Assembly (NCBI GenBank): GCA_964016885.1
Contig: OZ024740.1
Coordinates: 180,358,001-180,422,000 of the forward strand
Direction of reading: 5' to 3'
DNA length: 64,000 nt
Origin: Eledone cirrhosa
Lineage: Eukaryota
The translations under genes were made by a program, and so were the position numbers. The first letter of the stretch is position 1, and each line of letters begins with the position of its first letter. Shown here in pieces: positions 53,650 through 64,000 of this stretch. A model generated the notes under the pieces. It searched no databases. It worked only from the letters and a program-made list of their open reading frames with translations, and was not told where the DNA came from.

Positions 53650-56646
53650 TACAATTGATATTAAATAAATGGAAACTCTATTTATAAAACCATATATATT
53701 CTATTATATATATTTCAAGGTTACCAAAAATGTTGGTACGCTATCATCAGATAAAATACAAAATGTTTTATAAATATTTGACATGACCAAGGATGATATA
53801 CCTTAACGGTTCAAGTTATCCCTGGAAAGTAAAGGGAAGAGAGGAGAAAAGTAAGATATTTAAAATTATTAATATGATTATGCAAATGATGTGTATATTA
53901 AAGGGCCGAAAACACTTTATTTTAGACGCTATGGAAAATTTAAATATTTATGATAAGTAAAGTAGAGAAAGAGAAAATAATAACATTAATTGGGGGGAAA
54001 TGATTTTTGTTACTTATATTATGACTTATAAAATTATATGAAGAATTATGGTTGTAAGTATTTTATCTTATTACATTAGGATAGTTTATATGTATATAAA
54101 TAGCTATATGTATATTAATAATTTGCATATGCATTGATTTTTTATATGAACTGATATGAGTTACGAAGTATGTTGAACATTTTATTTTCAAGTTGTGAGA
54201 TTAGAATAATTTGTGGAATCAAAAATGTTCAACATTGAGAATGTTTTGAGAATATTGTTAATTTAACGATAAATTATCAAACTAAAATTGTTAAAGAAGA
54301 AAGAAAAAGGTAAAGGAAGACGACTTGAACGTTAATTTAGGGAAAATATATTCAGACATTTATCTATATTTATATGGAGAATTATTTAGCTTATTATAAT
54401 AATATATAAATATCTATATATGTATTTTAATAATAGCATATGTGTATTTTTTAAACGATCGTTTTTTAAAGGATATGAGTTACGAGGGATGTTGATTTAT
54501 AAATAAATAAATAAAATAAATAGGTGCTTGTTCCTAATATAGGTTACTAGGGATGTTGATTTTATGTAAATAAATAGGTTGTTACAATTTATAATGTGAA
54601 ATTAACGGAGCTATGTATAAAAAGTTTTTATGATTGAAAGAAGGAAACATAACTCCAATTTTTTTTATTAATCGCTAGTGTGGGATTAATTATTTATTCT
54701 AAAGAAATATGATAATTAAACACCATCCTGAATAGGATATATTTTACTAAAAACAGTTAATGGTTTTTAATCTACATTTAAAAAATTGCTTTAGAGTGTG
54801 TCATTGGAAAAATAAAGCTTTAGAGGGTGTCATTAGAAAAATAAAAAAAAATAATAAAAAAGAATTAGAGAATTTAGAGAATTAAACGAATTAAAATTAA
54901 AATTAAAATTAGAATTATATAGAAGTACATTATGTAGAAGTACATAAATATATATAAATAAATATATATACATACAAACATATATATATATTATAAGAAA
55001 TTTAAAAGATATTATGATTTAGAGATATTAATATATTAAACTATTAAAAATATAAAATGTTAGAGCAGATAGGATCGTTTTGGAGATTAATAGGAATATT
55101 ATAAGTATATTATAATTTACATATAGTTCTGAATGTAGAATGTTGGCGATGTTTGCAACAACTAAATATTTCTGTGCTAAGAGTAATAGTGTTTCGGTAA
55201 GCAGGTGCTTTCGAAATCGTTTTTCAAGATAATGAATAGTCTATATTCCTGCTCTTTAAATTCCCTATAAGATGTAAAAGAGAAGTAGAAGATTTTTTGT
55301 CAGATCTTCTAAAAGAACAATTGTAGTTATTCCAGCGCAATTTAAATTCTGTAGAAGTGACACCGACATAGTTGAATATATTATCACTAGTTTCAATTGT
55401 ACATTTATAAACTATGTTTTTATCTAAACACTTATTTTGAAAAGGGCAGTTTGATTTAATTCTACAGTTAGATTTTACGGAGTTGTTGTTACTCAGAACT
55501 GTACTATTGTACTGGATATCGCTAGAAATATTATTATTACTGTTATGGTTATTTTGGTTAGGGTTTAAATTTAACTTTCTATTATTAATTCTATTTATAT
55601 TTTGTGCTATGTTCATAGTAGTAGAGTACGATAATTTTATAGTATGTCTGTTAAAGATTGAGTGGTATATGTGGGTTTTAGGAAAACAGTTGTCTAGTGC
55701 TTTAAAGAATAGCTTTGCCAAATGTGTTTTAACGCTTAATGAGAAATAATATTTCTAGTTCTAGTTCTTTTGTTTGTTTTAGAGTTTAAGTTAAATTGTT
55801 TATTCTTATTATAATTAATAGCAGTGTGATTTGCCCTATTATTGTTGTCAATGTATTTAATTTTATTCGTATAGCCTGCTCTATTTAAAGCTTCATTATA
55901 ATATTCAACCTTTTCCTCAAACATATTTTTATTAGAAGAGATGCGTGAAATTCGTTGCTGGCCACTATTGACGATAGTGTTCTTAATAGTTCTAGGATGA
56001 TTAGAGTTAAAACTTACGTAATTTAGATTATCATTGATTTTATGGAATGGATAGTAGAGCCCTGTGCTAATGTTTAATGTTACGTCTAAAAAGTTAACGC
56101 TTTTATAATTATTCTCTATTTCTAACTTAATGTTATAATTATTGAAGAATTGTCTTATGGATTTTCTTTTCCTATTAATTTCACAATTACTATGGTGTTC
56201 AATTATACGATAAAAACCACCGGTCATCCCTGGCATTTTCCGATGCAGTGTATTATTATTAAATAAGCCCACAAGACCCGTTATTTGCGCCGAGGCTAAT
56301 GATCCCGTGGTGATATCAAAATTATTATTCCTATCGGCTCTTGTCCGAGATGATTTTTGAATTCTATTAAACTTTTCCGTGCAGTTAAAATGATATGCAT
56401 TTCTTCACTAGATAAATCTGTATGTTTAGATGCATCAAATATTTATGAAACATTTTGTATTTTATCTTATGATAGCGTACCAACATTTTTGGTACCCTTG
56501 AAATATATATAATAGAATAAATATGGTTTTATATATATAGTTTCCATTTATTTAATATCAATTGAATACTTACTCCTGAAACTGTCGAGTGCTTTCAATC
56601 AGTTATAAACATCTATATTTGTTGCATTTCCAACAAATTAAATATA

Positions 56647-56650
<4 letters not shown>
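53650..56650 (-). mobile_element. Second copy of the AT-rich (Nematis-like) PLE, 5'-truncated and capped by an inverted pLTR; HHRs at about 53697-53758 (-) and about 56459-56519 (+, mutated)
   Basis: VNFLDVTLN, SNHP, CRIKSNCPFQNKCLDKNIVYKC..YVGVT; 53652-53780 is the reverse complement of 56435-56564. Confidence 0.92.
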
Positions 56651-56732
<82 letters not shown>

Positions 56733-56799
56733 AGGAGGTTATAGTTCACTTGAAGCATTGTGTAATGAGGTATAAACATTTGAATATGTATAATAAAGC

Positions 56800-57815
56800 C
56801 AAAACAATGCAGGTATGGACATAGAAAAAAGTATGAAATTGCAAAAGATATTGTTGACAATTCGTCTTTTACCTTAGATTTATTTTAAATGTACTTAATT
56901 TTCGAGATAATATCTCTTCTTCAGAGGGAAATAAAGGTCTCAAACCAGCGTTCTAAATATCTTGCCAAGCCATGCTGACAGGAAATAGTATAGAGTATCT
57001 GTTCTATCTCTAATGTCAAAGAGTTAAAATTAGGTGGATAAAGAGTAGTCTCCCTTTAAAAGGGGTTTGTTTAGGTTTTTTTAATTATTTTTTTATATAC
57101 ATGCCTGTTTAAGTGTGTGGGAGATGCATGAAGGTGTAAGTATGTGAGTGTGTGTGTGTGAGTGTGAGAAGATAAGTCTATTCGTAAATGTGGGGGATAG
57201 GTGTTATCTGGTGTTAGAACTGGTTTTGTGTATGTATGTGTGAGAGAGAATAAGTGGAGGTGTAAGCGTGTGTGTGTGTGGAGTGTGTAAATATGGGGCT
57301 AGAAGTGCTATCAGGTTATAAATTGGGTGTTGAGTTCTAGACTATTATTGACTGGTGGTTGTGTTTTATCTACAATTAGTGCTTCCTTAATTCTAAGATT
57401 GCCGAGGTTTCTTTCCTTAGTTTCTATCCTAACTGTTATGGTTTTTCGGTGTTTCTGCATTTAACTAGGTGTTTCTTAAATGAGGAAGCATTAGTATTGA
57501 GGTGTTCTTTTATTCTTATGTAGAGTGGTCTGGTGGTGCTACCTACGTAGAAGTTGTTGCATTTGTCACAATCTAGTCTGTATACGACGTAAGCCTGGTG
57601 GCATAGGTCTGTGTCGTTGATGGGGCAGTTGGCTAGTCTGCAGCAGTTGTCATGTCTGGTGGAGTGTCCCGTTTGAGACCTTTATTTCCCTCTGAAGAAG
57701 AGATATTATCTCGAAAATTAAGGACATTTAAAATAAATCTAAGGTAAAAGACGAATTGTCAACAATATCTTTTGCAATTGCATTATTTTTTCTATGTCCA
57801 TACCTGCATTGTTTT
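56800..57815 (-). mobile_element. Third GIY-YIG-bearing PLE family: endonuclease remnant (about 57330-57665) with 145-bp inverted pLTRs, each with a minimal HHR
   Basis: CCRLANCPINDTDLCHQAYVVYRLDCDKCNNFYVGSTTRPLYIRIKEH..LRIKEALI (absent from the ORF track); cct-CTGAAGA-agagatattatctc-GAAA-at-TA-agg at 57689-57723. Confidence 0.88.
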
Positions 57816-57835
57816 TATATATATATATATACATA

Positions 57836-58009
57836 CTAGCTGAGGTACCCAGCTTCACCAGGGTTTACAAATGATAAGAGAAGATCGGCAAAAGATAAAA
57901 CGTCTGTATTGAATGCATTGTCTTGTTTACAGTGTGTGTGTATTGTGTGTGTGTATGTTTGTGTGTGTTTGTCTATATATATATATATTTGTGTGTGTGT
58001 GAGTGTTCC

Positions 58010-58041
<32 letters not shown>

Positions 58042-58253
58042 CACACACACACACACTAGGGATTCTCTCTCGAGTTCGTTGTCAATGATGATCGTGTTTC
58101 GCGGCCTATGTCTCCAATTCCAACGGTAGTTTACACCCCCCCACACCTACACGCACACGCACACGCACATACACGAACATTCACACAGGCACACACACGA
58201 ACACTCACACAGGCTCACACACACATATATATATACACACATATATATATATA

Positions 58254-58310
<57 letters not shown>

Positions 58311-59431
58311 ATATATATATATGTGTGCCTGTTCCTGTGTGAGTGTTCGTGTGTGTGCCTGTGTGATTGTTCGTGTGTGTGCGTGTACGTGTATGTGTGT
58401 GTGTGTAAACCACTGTTGGAAACGAAGACATAGGCCGCGAAACACGATCATCACTGATAACGAACTCGAGAGAGAATCCGTTATGGTTGATTCCCAACCT
58501 GCTAGAAATAGCAGTCAGTTTGGTTAGCATACGTGGTATGTCTTTCTTCTTCTTTGGTGTTATAAAATTAGTATCAATAAACTTTCCTGGGTATACTCTT
58601 ATCCCTATCTTGTACATACTTTCCGATTGTCACTTCGTTTTTTTCCGTGTGATACGCGAAGGAACCAACCAACAAACATCTCTCTTTTATATCTCTTTTA
58701 TTTGTTCATTCAAAATATTTTTCAGCTAATTCTATCGTACAATATACATCAGAAATCGTTATCTAATGTTCAAAACATATGAATAGCTGCAATAAATGCA
58801 CCATATCAATCAAAAACAATATGAGAATTGAATACCATACTAAAGCGCCAGTAAGCTTGCTAAGTACCTGCAGATAGAAATGTTAATAAATACAACATTT
58901 GGCTTAGGTAAACTTTAAGATGTTTTTTCATTGTAGGTTTCTTTTCTCAGCCAGTACCTTAAAGAAAATTGATAGTTACAACAATTATGGTTGAACAGAG
59001 AACACATTTTTTAACAAAGTTTACCATAATTTGTACAACCACAATGGAAATTCCAAGCAATAACATTGTTAGAGCCTCAGAGTATACAATATATTTTTTC
59101 GGCTCTCGGGAGCAAAGATGAAGAGATTGTTTAGCGAGCTCACTCTAGAGCATCCTACATACAATTGACCATGGTTTTCCCAGATGAAGGCCATCCACAT
59201 TTAGGGTTTGACCCTGAGCTTTGTTGATGGTAATCGCGAAGCTTAGTCTCTCTGTTGCTCTAGAAACATTTTTTCTTCTGGAAAATCTGATCTTGCGGCC
59301 AGGCTAGGACTTTTTGGGTGGCATATCGGCAGTAACAATGACGATAAGCCGTCTGTACTTTCCTGAAATAAATACGCTTGTTTATATTTTATTTTTGTGT
59401 ATGTGAAAATATATGTACACGAATATATCAT

Positions 59432-59462
<31 letters not shown>

Positions 59463-59818
59463 CAGATTAAAGTTTAAGCAAAGAGTCGCTGCTTTCACCC
59501 TTAACGTTATCTTCTGAAACTAAAAAAATCAATCTGTGAACGCAGAAGTAAGTATTTCGAAAAACGTTACAGCCGAAAGAAAACAGGAAGAAGACGTTAG
59601 GAATGTCGTATAACCGGAAGTGCTGACATTTGAAAATTTTAAAGAAGTGAATATTTAAATAGTGTCTTTAATCTTTTATCAAAATTCAGTAGACAGAAAT
59701 ACCCTCACTTTCTTAATTGGAGAAAGTTACATCTATGGTGCAAATTTGTTGCCGCTTGTTCCAGCCGCTTGGCGGAAAGTTTGTTCCTTACATACGGCTG
59801 TCAGCTTTATAGTATAGA
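57836..59818 (-). mobile_element. Non-autonomous canonical Helitron with PIF1 helicase C-terminal remnant (59070-59240)
   Basis: Minus strand A|TCTATACTATAAAG 5' end; imperfect hairpin plus CTAG|T 3' end; FAITINKAQGQTL..HGQLYVGCSRV..KNIVYSEAL. Confidence 0.8.
58059..58480. mobile_element. MITE-like element, about 155-bp inverted arms around a microsatellite core
   Basis: ggattctctctcgagttcgtt..tcgtgtttcgcggcctatgtct / agacataggccgcgaaacacga..aacgaactcgagagagaatcc. Confidence 0.75.
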
Positions 59819-59919
59819 TATATATATATTAATTGTTTGTTAAAATTATCAAATTAAACTAATTCAACAGTTAAACACACGTAGGAATAATAAGCTTATT
59901 ACCAGAGAGGAAGGAGATT

Positions 59920-60365
59920 GACAAGTCGAACCTAAATATGACTAATAACACTAGGAAAGCCATGAACGACACCACTTCTTTTAAACTTTGATTTCCAAAG
60001 TAGGTTTATAATTATTTATTTTCATTATACTTTTAAAGCTGTCTCGGCTGCTTAGATGGATGGACCGGCGTAGACGGTGGTGGTCCTGTTCGGGAGTAGG
60101 ATTCCCGGTAAACTTTTTCAGTTTTGTTTTTCTATGGTTTGTAAAATAATAAACTGAATATGATTACTTGCATCTCTTGACCAGGATTGAAACCAAGACC
60201 ATGATCTCCACCGTCTTTTGTATCTACCGCTAGACCACTGAGACAGCTACGAAGATTATCTGAAAATTCATACTTATAAACCTACTTTCAAAATTTCCAT
60301 TACAGAATGATGTTGTGTTGTTCATGTCTTTCTTATTGTTACTGTTCCTACTTAAGGTCGACTTC
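59920..60365. repeat. Diverged inverted repeat whose arms each contain a tRNA-like segment
   Basis: agctgtctc.. at 60037-60112 vs rc of 60176-60248 (A-box-like tggtctagcgg, B-box-like ggtttcaatcc); outer flanks also inverted. Confidence 0.55.
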
Positions 60366-60604
60366 TAAGCCATTTGGGTGTTCCATAAACTACATCCTCG
60401 TTTTGTATCTCATCTAAATATAGTCTAGATTTTAGACTATATTTTAACATGTAAACAATGTTTCATTTCTGCTGTACCTAAATTCTCCCTCTCCCCTCTC
60501 TGGCTATGTCACTTTCTCCGTAATATTTGAATCTTCTATGATTTGTAGTTACCTTATTCATATATAAATATTTTTGTGTGTTAGTTAGATTCAAACTTAC
60601 ACTG

Positions 60605-60730
60605 ATTGGCAATACTTTTCTCCTGATGAAGGGCTTATGCGCGAAACATACCCCTCCCCACTCTCAAGCGTGAACCTAATACTAACACTTTGTACTGCGC
60701 TTTCGTTATTTTTTTTGTTTTTTGTTTTAT
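60605..60730 (+). mobile_element. Solo pLTR 3' end of the GC-rich PLE family
   Basis: cttttctcCTGATGAagggcttatgcgcGAAA..cactctcaa matches 38635-38760. Confidence 0.75.
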
Positions 60731-60758
60731 CTGATATATATATATATATATATATATA

Positions 60759-61451
60759 CAGTGGCGGATCTGGTCTGAAAATATTGTTTGCCAGGAGATG
60801 AAGGGGGCTTACCAACATATAGAATGGTATCATTTAACTTTTGTAATGAATAAATAGCATTTAAAAAAAATACATAAGTGGAAAGAAAACAGTTTAAACA
60901 AATATTTGCGGAAAAATATCTCCCCTTCTCCAATAAAATATATTATGTATTTTGCGAAATCCAGAAACTATCAGTCATGACCCGGGTCTTTCCAGTCATT
61001 CCGCAGGGTGTCCAAGCTTGGTGTGGTTGCCGATTTAGACACCGACGCACCGACCATGAGACAGATTATATTGGTTTACATATTAGCAGTAGCACTGTAG
61101 AACGACCTGACACACACACATACACACATACACACCCATATATATGTATATAAACACGCAACCTTCCCTACTAATGGATTTAACAGATGTTATTAACCCC
61201 TTGATACCAAACATTATTTGGTCGGATTGGCAGTATCACTAGAATGTCGGACGCCATGTCCAGCATAGTTACGTCCCTTTACGGTCTGAGTTCAAATCCC
61301 GTCATGGTTAACTTTGCCTTTTATCCTTACGGGGTAGATAAAATAAAGAACCAGTAATGTACTGGGTAATTGCTGGCCTTGTGCCAAAAGTAGAAACAAT
61401 TATTTGGTCTGTAGTTCGTGTGTATGTGTAACTGTATATATATATATACAT

Positions 61452-61489
<38 letters not shown>

Positions 61490-61504
61490 TTGTGTGTGTG
61501 TGTG

Positions 61505-61586
<82 letters not shown>

Positions 61587-61595
61587 TATATATAT

Positions 61596-61666
<71 letters not shown>

Positions 61667-61965
61667 TGCAGACACGAATGAATACACTAAGCTTTAGATT
61701 TAGTAGAATGTACAACCACTGACTCCAGATATTTGCACTATCAAATATTTTGGTTTCTAGTAATTCCCCGGGGAATTGGTTGACCAAATGATTTGCTTAA
61801 TTGTTTTATTTTTTTATTTTTTAAATATTATTCTTTGTTATAGACTTTAGGTATCTTTTAAAAGCAAATTATTGGCCCCTAAAATATTACGCTGGGCCAT
61901 GCAATTCTACCGTGGGCCCCTGCAATGCAATTGGGAAATCTGGTAACCTGGAAAGTCCACCACTG
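60759..61965. mobile_element. hAT-type non-autonomous DNA transposon inserted in (TA)n
   Basis: Termini CAGTGGCGGAT / GTCCACCACTG; TA tracts on both sides compatible with an 8-bp TSD; subterminal gggcccc motifs. Confidence 0.7.
61222..61403 (+). mobile_element. SINE family B nested in the hAT element
   Basis: ggattggcagta..ctgagttcaaatccc..ggccttgtgccaaaagtagaaacaattatt; attatttggtc on both flanks. Confidence 0.9.
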
Positions 61966-61986
61966 TATATATATATATATATATAG

Positions 61987-62258
61987 GCAAAAGGGATATT
62001 TACTTTGTTGGTAATTCAACAAATATAAATGTTTATAACTTTATAACTGATTCAAAGCACTCAACAAGTTTTCTGGAGTATAATATTCAATGACATTAAA
62101 TAAATGGTAACTACATCCAGGAATAACTTGAACCGTTAAGATCCTATTCCTGGATATGTCAATATTTATGAAACAAACTTTGTATTTAATCTGAAGAGAG
62201 CGTACCAAATATTTGGTATTGTTTTATAAATATAGTTTCCATTTATTTAGTATCATTG
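61987..62258. mobile_element. Fold-back solo pLTR of the AT-rich PLE family with truncated HHR
   Basis: 61990-62112 matches rc of 56540-56650; 62115-62258 matches the sense pLTR (CTGAAGA-gagcgtacca..tggta, GAAA half deleted). Confidence 0.75.
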
Positions 62259-63379
62259 TATATATATATATATATATTTGTATATAGATATTCCCACATG
62301 ATATCATCTAAATGCAACGCAAATACGCGTGCACCTGCACATGTCTCATGCATAAGCCTCATCTCTCATGCATAAACCTACAAGTATACACGCATGTATA
62401 CTTGTAGGTTTATGCATGGATATGCATATGGGGTGAGTGTTTATGTACGTATGTCCATAGGTTCTTTAGAGCACGCGTTACAGACTTATAATAGTAGGGG
62501 TCCCCGAAATGTGACCGCCACCACCTCATCGGCGTGTACACATTCAGTGACCTATACGTAAGTATGACGCCTGTATGGGTCGATGAGTCCAACAATACAT
62601 ACAGGGGTGTCCAGGATCAATGATAAGGCATACACATCTGAGTCTTCATAACCCCCACGCACGCCTGTGTGGGGTGATGTATATATAGGAGCGCGTGTGT
62701 GTAGATGTGTGTATGTATGTATGCGTTTTAACGTTTGTGTATATATGTGCATGTATATATATATATGGGTGTGTGTAGATGTACATAAGGCCGTGCGTGT
62801 ATGCATGCATATTTGTATGTATGTGTATGCCTGTGTGTGCATGGATATATACGTGTGTATCTGACTGTGTGTGTGTTACACCCATGATCACAACATGTTT
62901 CCTCACTCGAGTGTGTGTATATATATATATATGTATAGTTTCATATGTATATGCTTTGTATATACACAATTTATAATATTCTTCTTTGTGTATACAGATT
63001 CTTACATATGCACCCCCCCCCACCACATCATTAACTCCTTATAACACAAGTCATCTTAACAACCCCTTACCACACCCAATACCCAACTATATAGTGAATC
63101 ACCGTAATCTTTCATCCAGTATTATATGCCGCACCTCCACCACATCAACACCCCGCACAGAAAATGAGCCTGAACATACACGCCAACTTTTCTAGTGACA
63201 GTCGAAAGGGCATGCACCGCCACTCACATCAACCTCTGCCCCTCACCTCTTACCTACATTACAGTTGAATATATTCCTCGTAACTAACCAACCAATCAAA
63301 GCAACTTTTACTGATCAGCATATGAATATTAGACTCTTTCGTACGCCAGGTATATTCATTCAGTCATTACTATCACAGA

Positions 63380-63464
63380 GGTCCGACGAGACATTGATTA
63401 CAGAGTACGGCTAGATCGATAGAGATCGAACCTTGAGGTGACCAAGGGCGAAACGGGAGTCACC
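63380..63464 (+). ncRNA. Degenerate long-insert HHR with CCGACGA core
   Basis: ggt-CCGACGA-gacattg-[~45 nt]-caagggc-GAAA-cgggag-TC-acc, then AATAAA. Confidence 0.5.
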
Positions 63465-63737
63465 AACAATAAATGTAATTAAGGACTAAACATTCGTATG
63501 TATATATATATATATATATTGGTAAACGGAATAGAAAATGCTGACAAATTGTTCACAGTTGAAAAATGGTTTAATTAGGAATAAAAGAGTATTAGTGATT
63601 GTATGGGTTAGTATTCAGTTGTGGTTTTAAGTTTTTAAGTTTTTACCGGTTGCGCATTTCTAAATGCTTTTCAAAAATAATTTTGAGATAGAGTGTCCGT
63701 GCTGTTTGCTCTGATCTGATTAGTTTTGGGAATTCTA

Positions 63738-63975
63738 CCTGTTTTTATGTTAAAAAAATGGCTCCAGCGTTATTTTTGTGTTGCAAAAATGCTTGTGGTC
63801 AAAACAATTTTGATTGGTCGGTAGAGGTCATGTGAATGTAAAAAGTTGATTTTGCGCCAAGACTGTTTTTATGTTAAAATGTTAGAAAAGTGGCTCCAGC
63901 AAAAATTATTGGTCAAAACAAATTTGATTGGTCGGTAGAGGTCATGTGGATAAAAAATTGGTTTTGCGCCAAGAT
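63738..63975. repeat. About 120-130 bp tandem repeat, about 2 copies
   Basis: tggtcaaaacaa(t/a)tttgattggtcggtagaggtcatgtg..ttttgcgccaaga occurs twice. Confidence 0.8.
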
Positions 63976-64000
63976 TGAGAAATGACTCTTTCAGAACAAA

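Noticed and set aside
62470-62548. Minus-strand CCGATGA...gtaacgcgtg hammerhead-like match
   Set aside because: GAAA and the cleavage triplet are not recoverable; too degenerate

Overview
AT-rich, microsatellite-saturated animal genomic DNA. The tRNA-derived SINEs resemble cephalopod/Octopus SINEs (inference). I found no supportable host gene; almost all ORFs in the track are microsatellite or antisense artefacts. The window is a nest of mobile DNA: 3 RTE LINE 3' fragments plus one older RT relic; decayed Penelope-like elements (PLEs) of at least four families (RT and/or C-terminal GIY-YIG remnants); two SINE families; a canonical Helitron; a hAT-type MITE; and a 3.6 kb Helentron-like element. 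Two things stand out. (1) More than 20 intact or degenerate type I hammerhead ribozyme (HHR) motifs read by eye, in many unrelated small non-coding elements that mostly abut (TA)n tracts and are built as fold-backs or tandems. These include a recurring variant with a 55-85 nt insert in stem II (one family shows covariation) and a CCGANGA core variant. (2) The Helentron-like element carries an open 220-aa ORF with a 2A/StopGo-like motif (LLIIGCVELNPG|P), plus a BED-finger-like ORF bracketed by a 174-bp inverted duplication. All coordinates and folds were derived by hand, and element boundaries are approximate.
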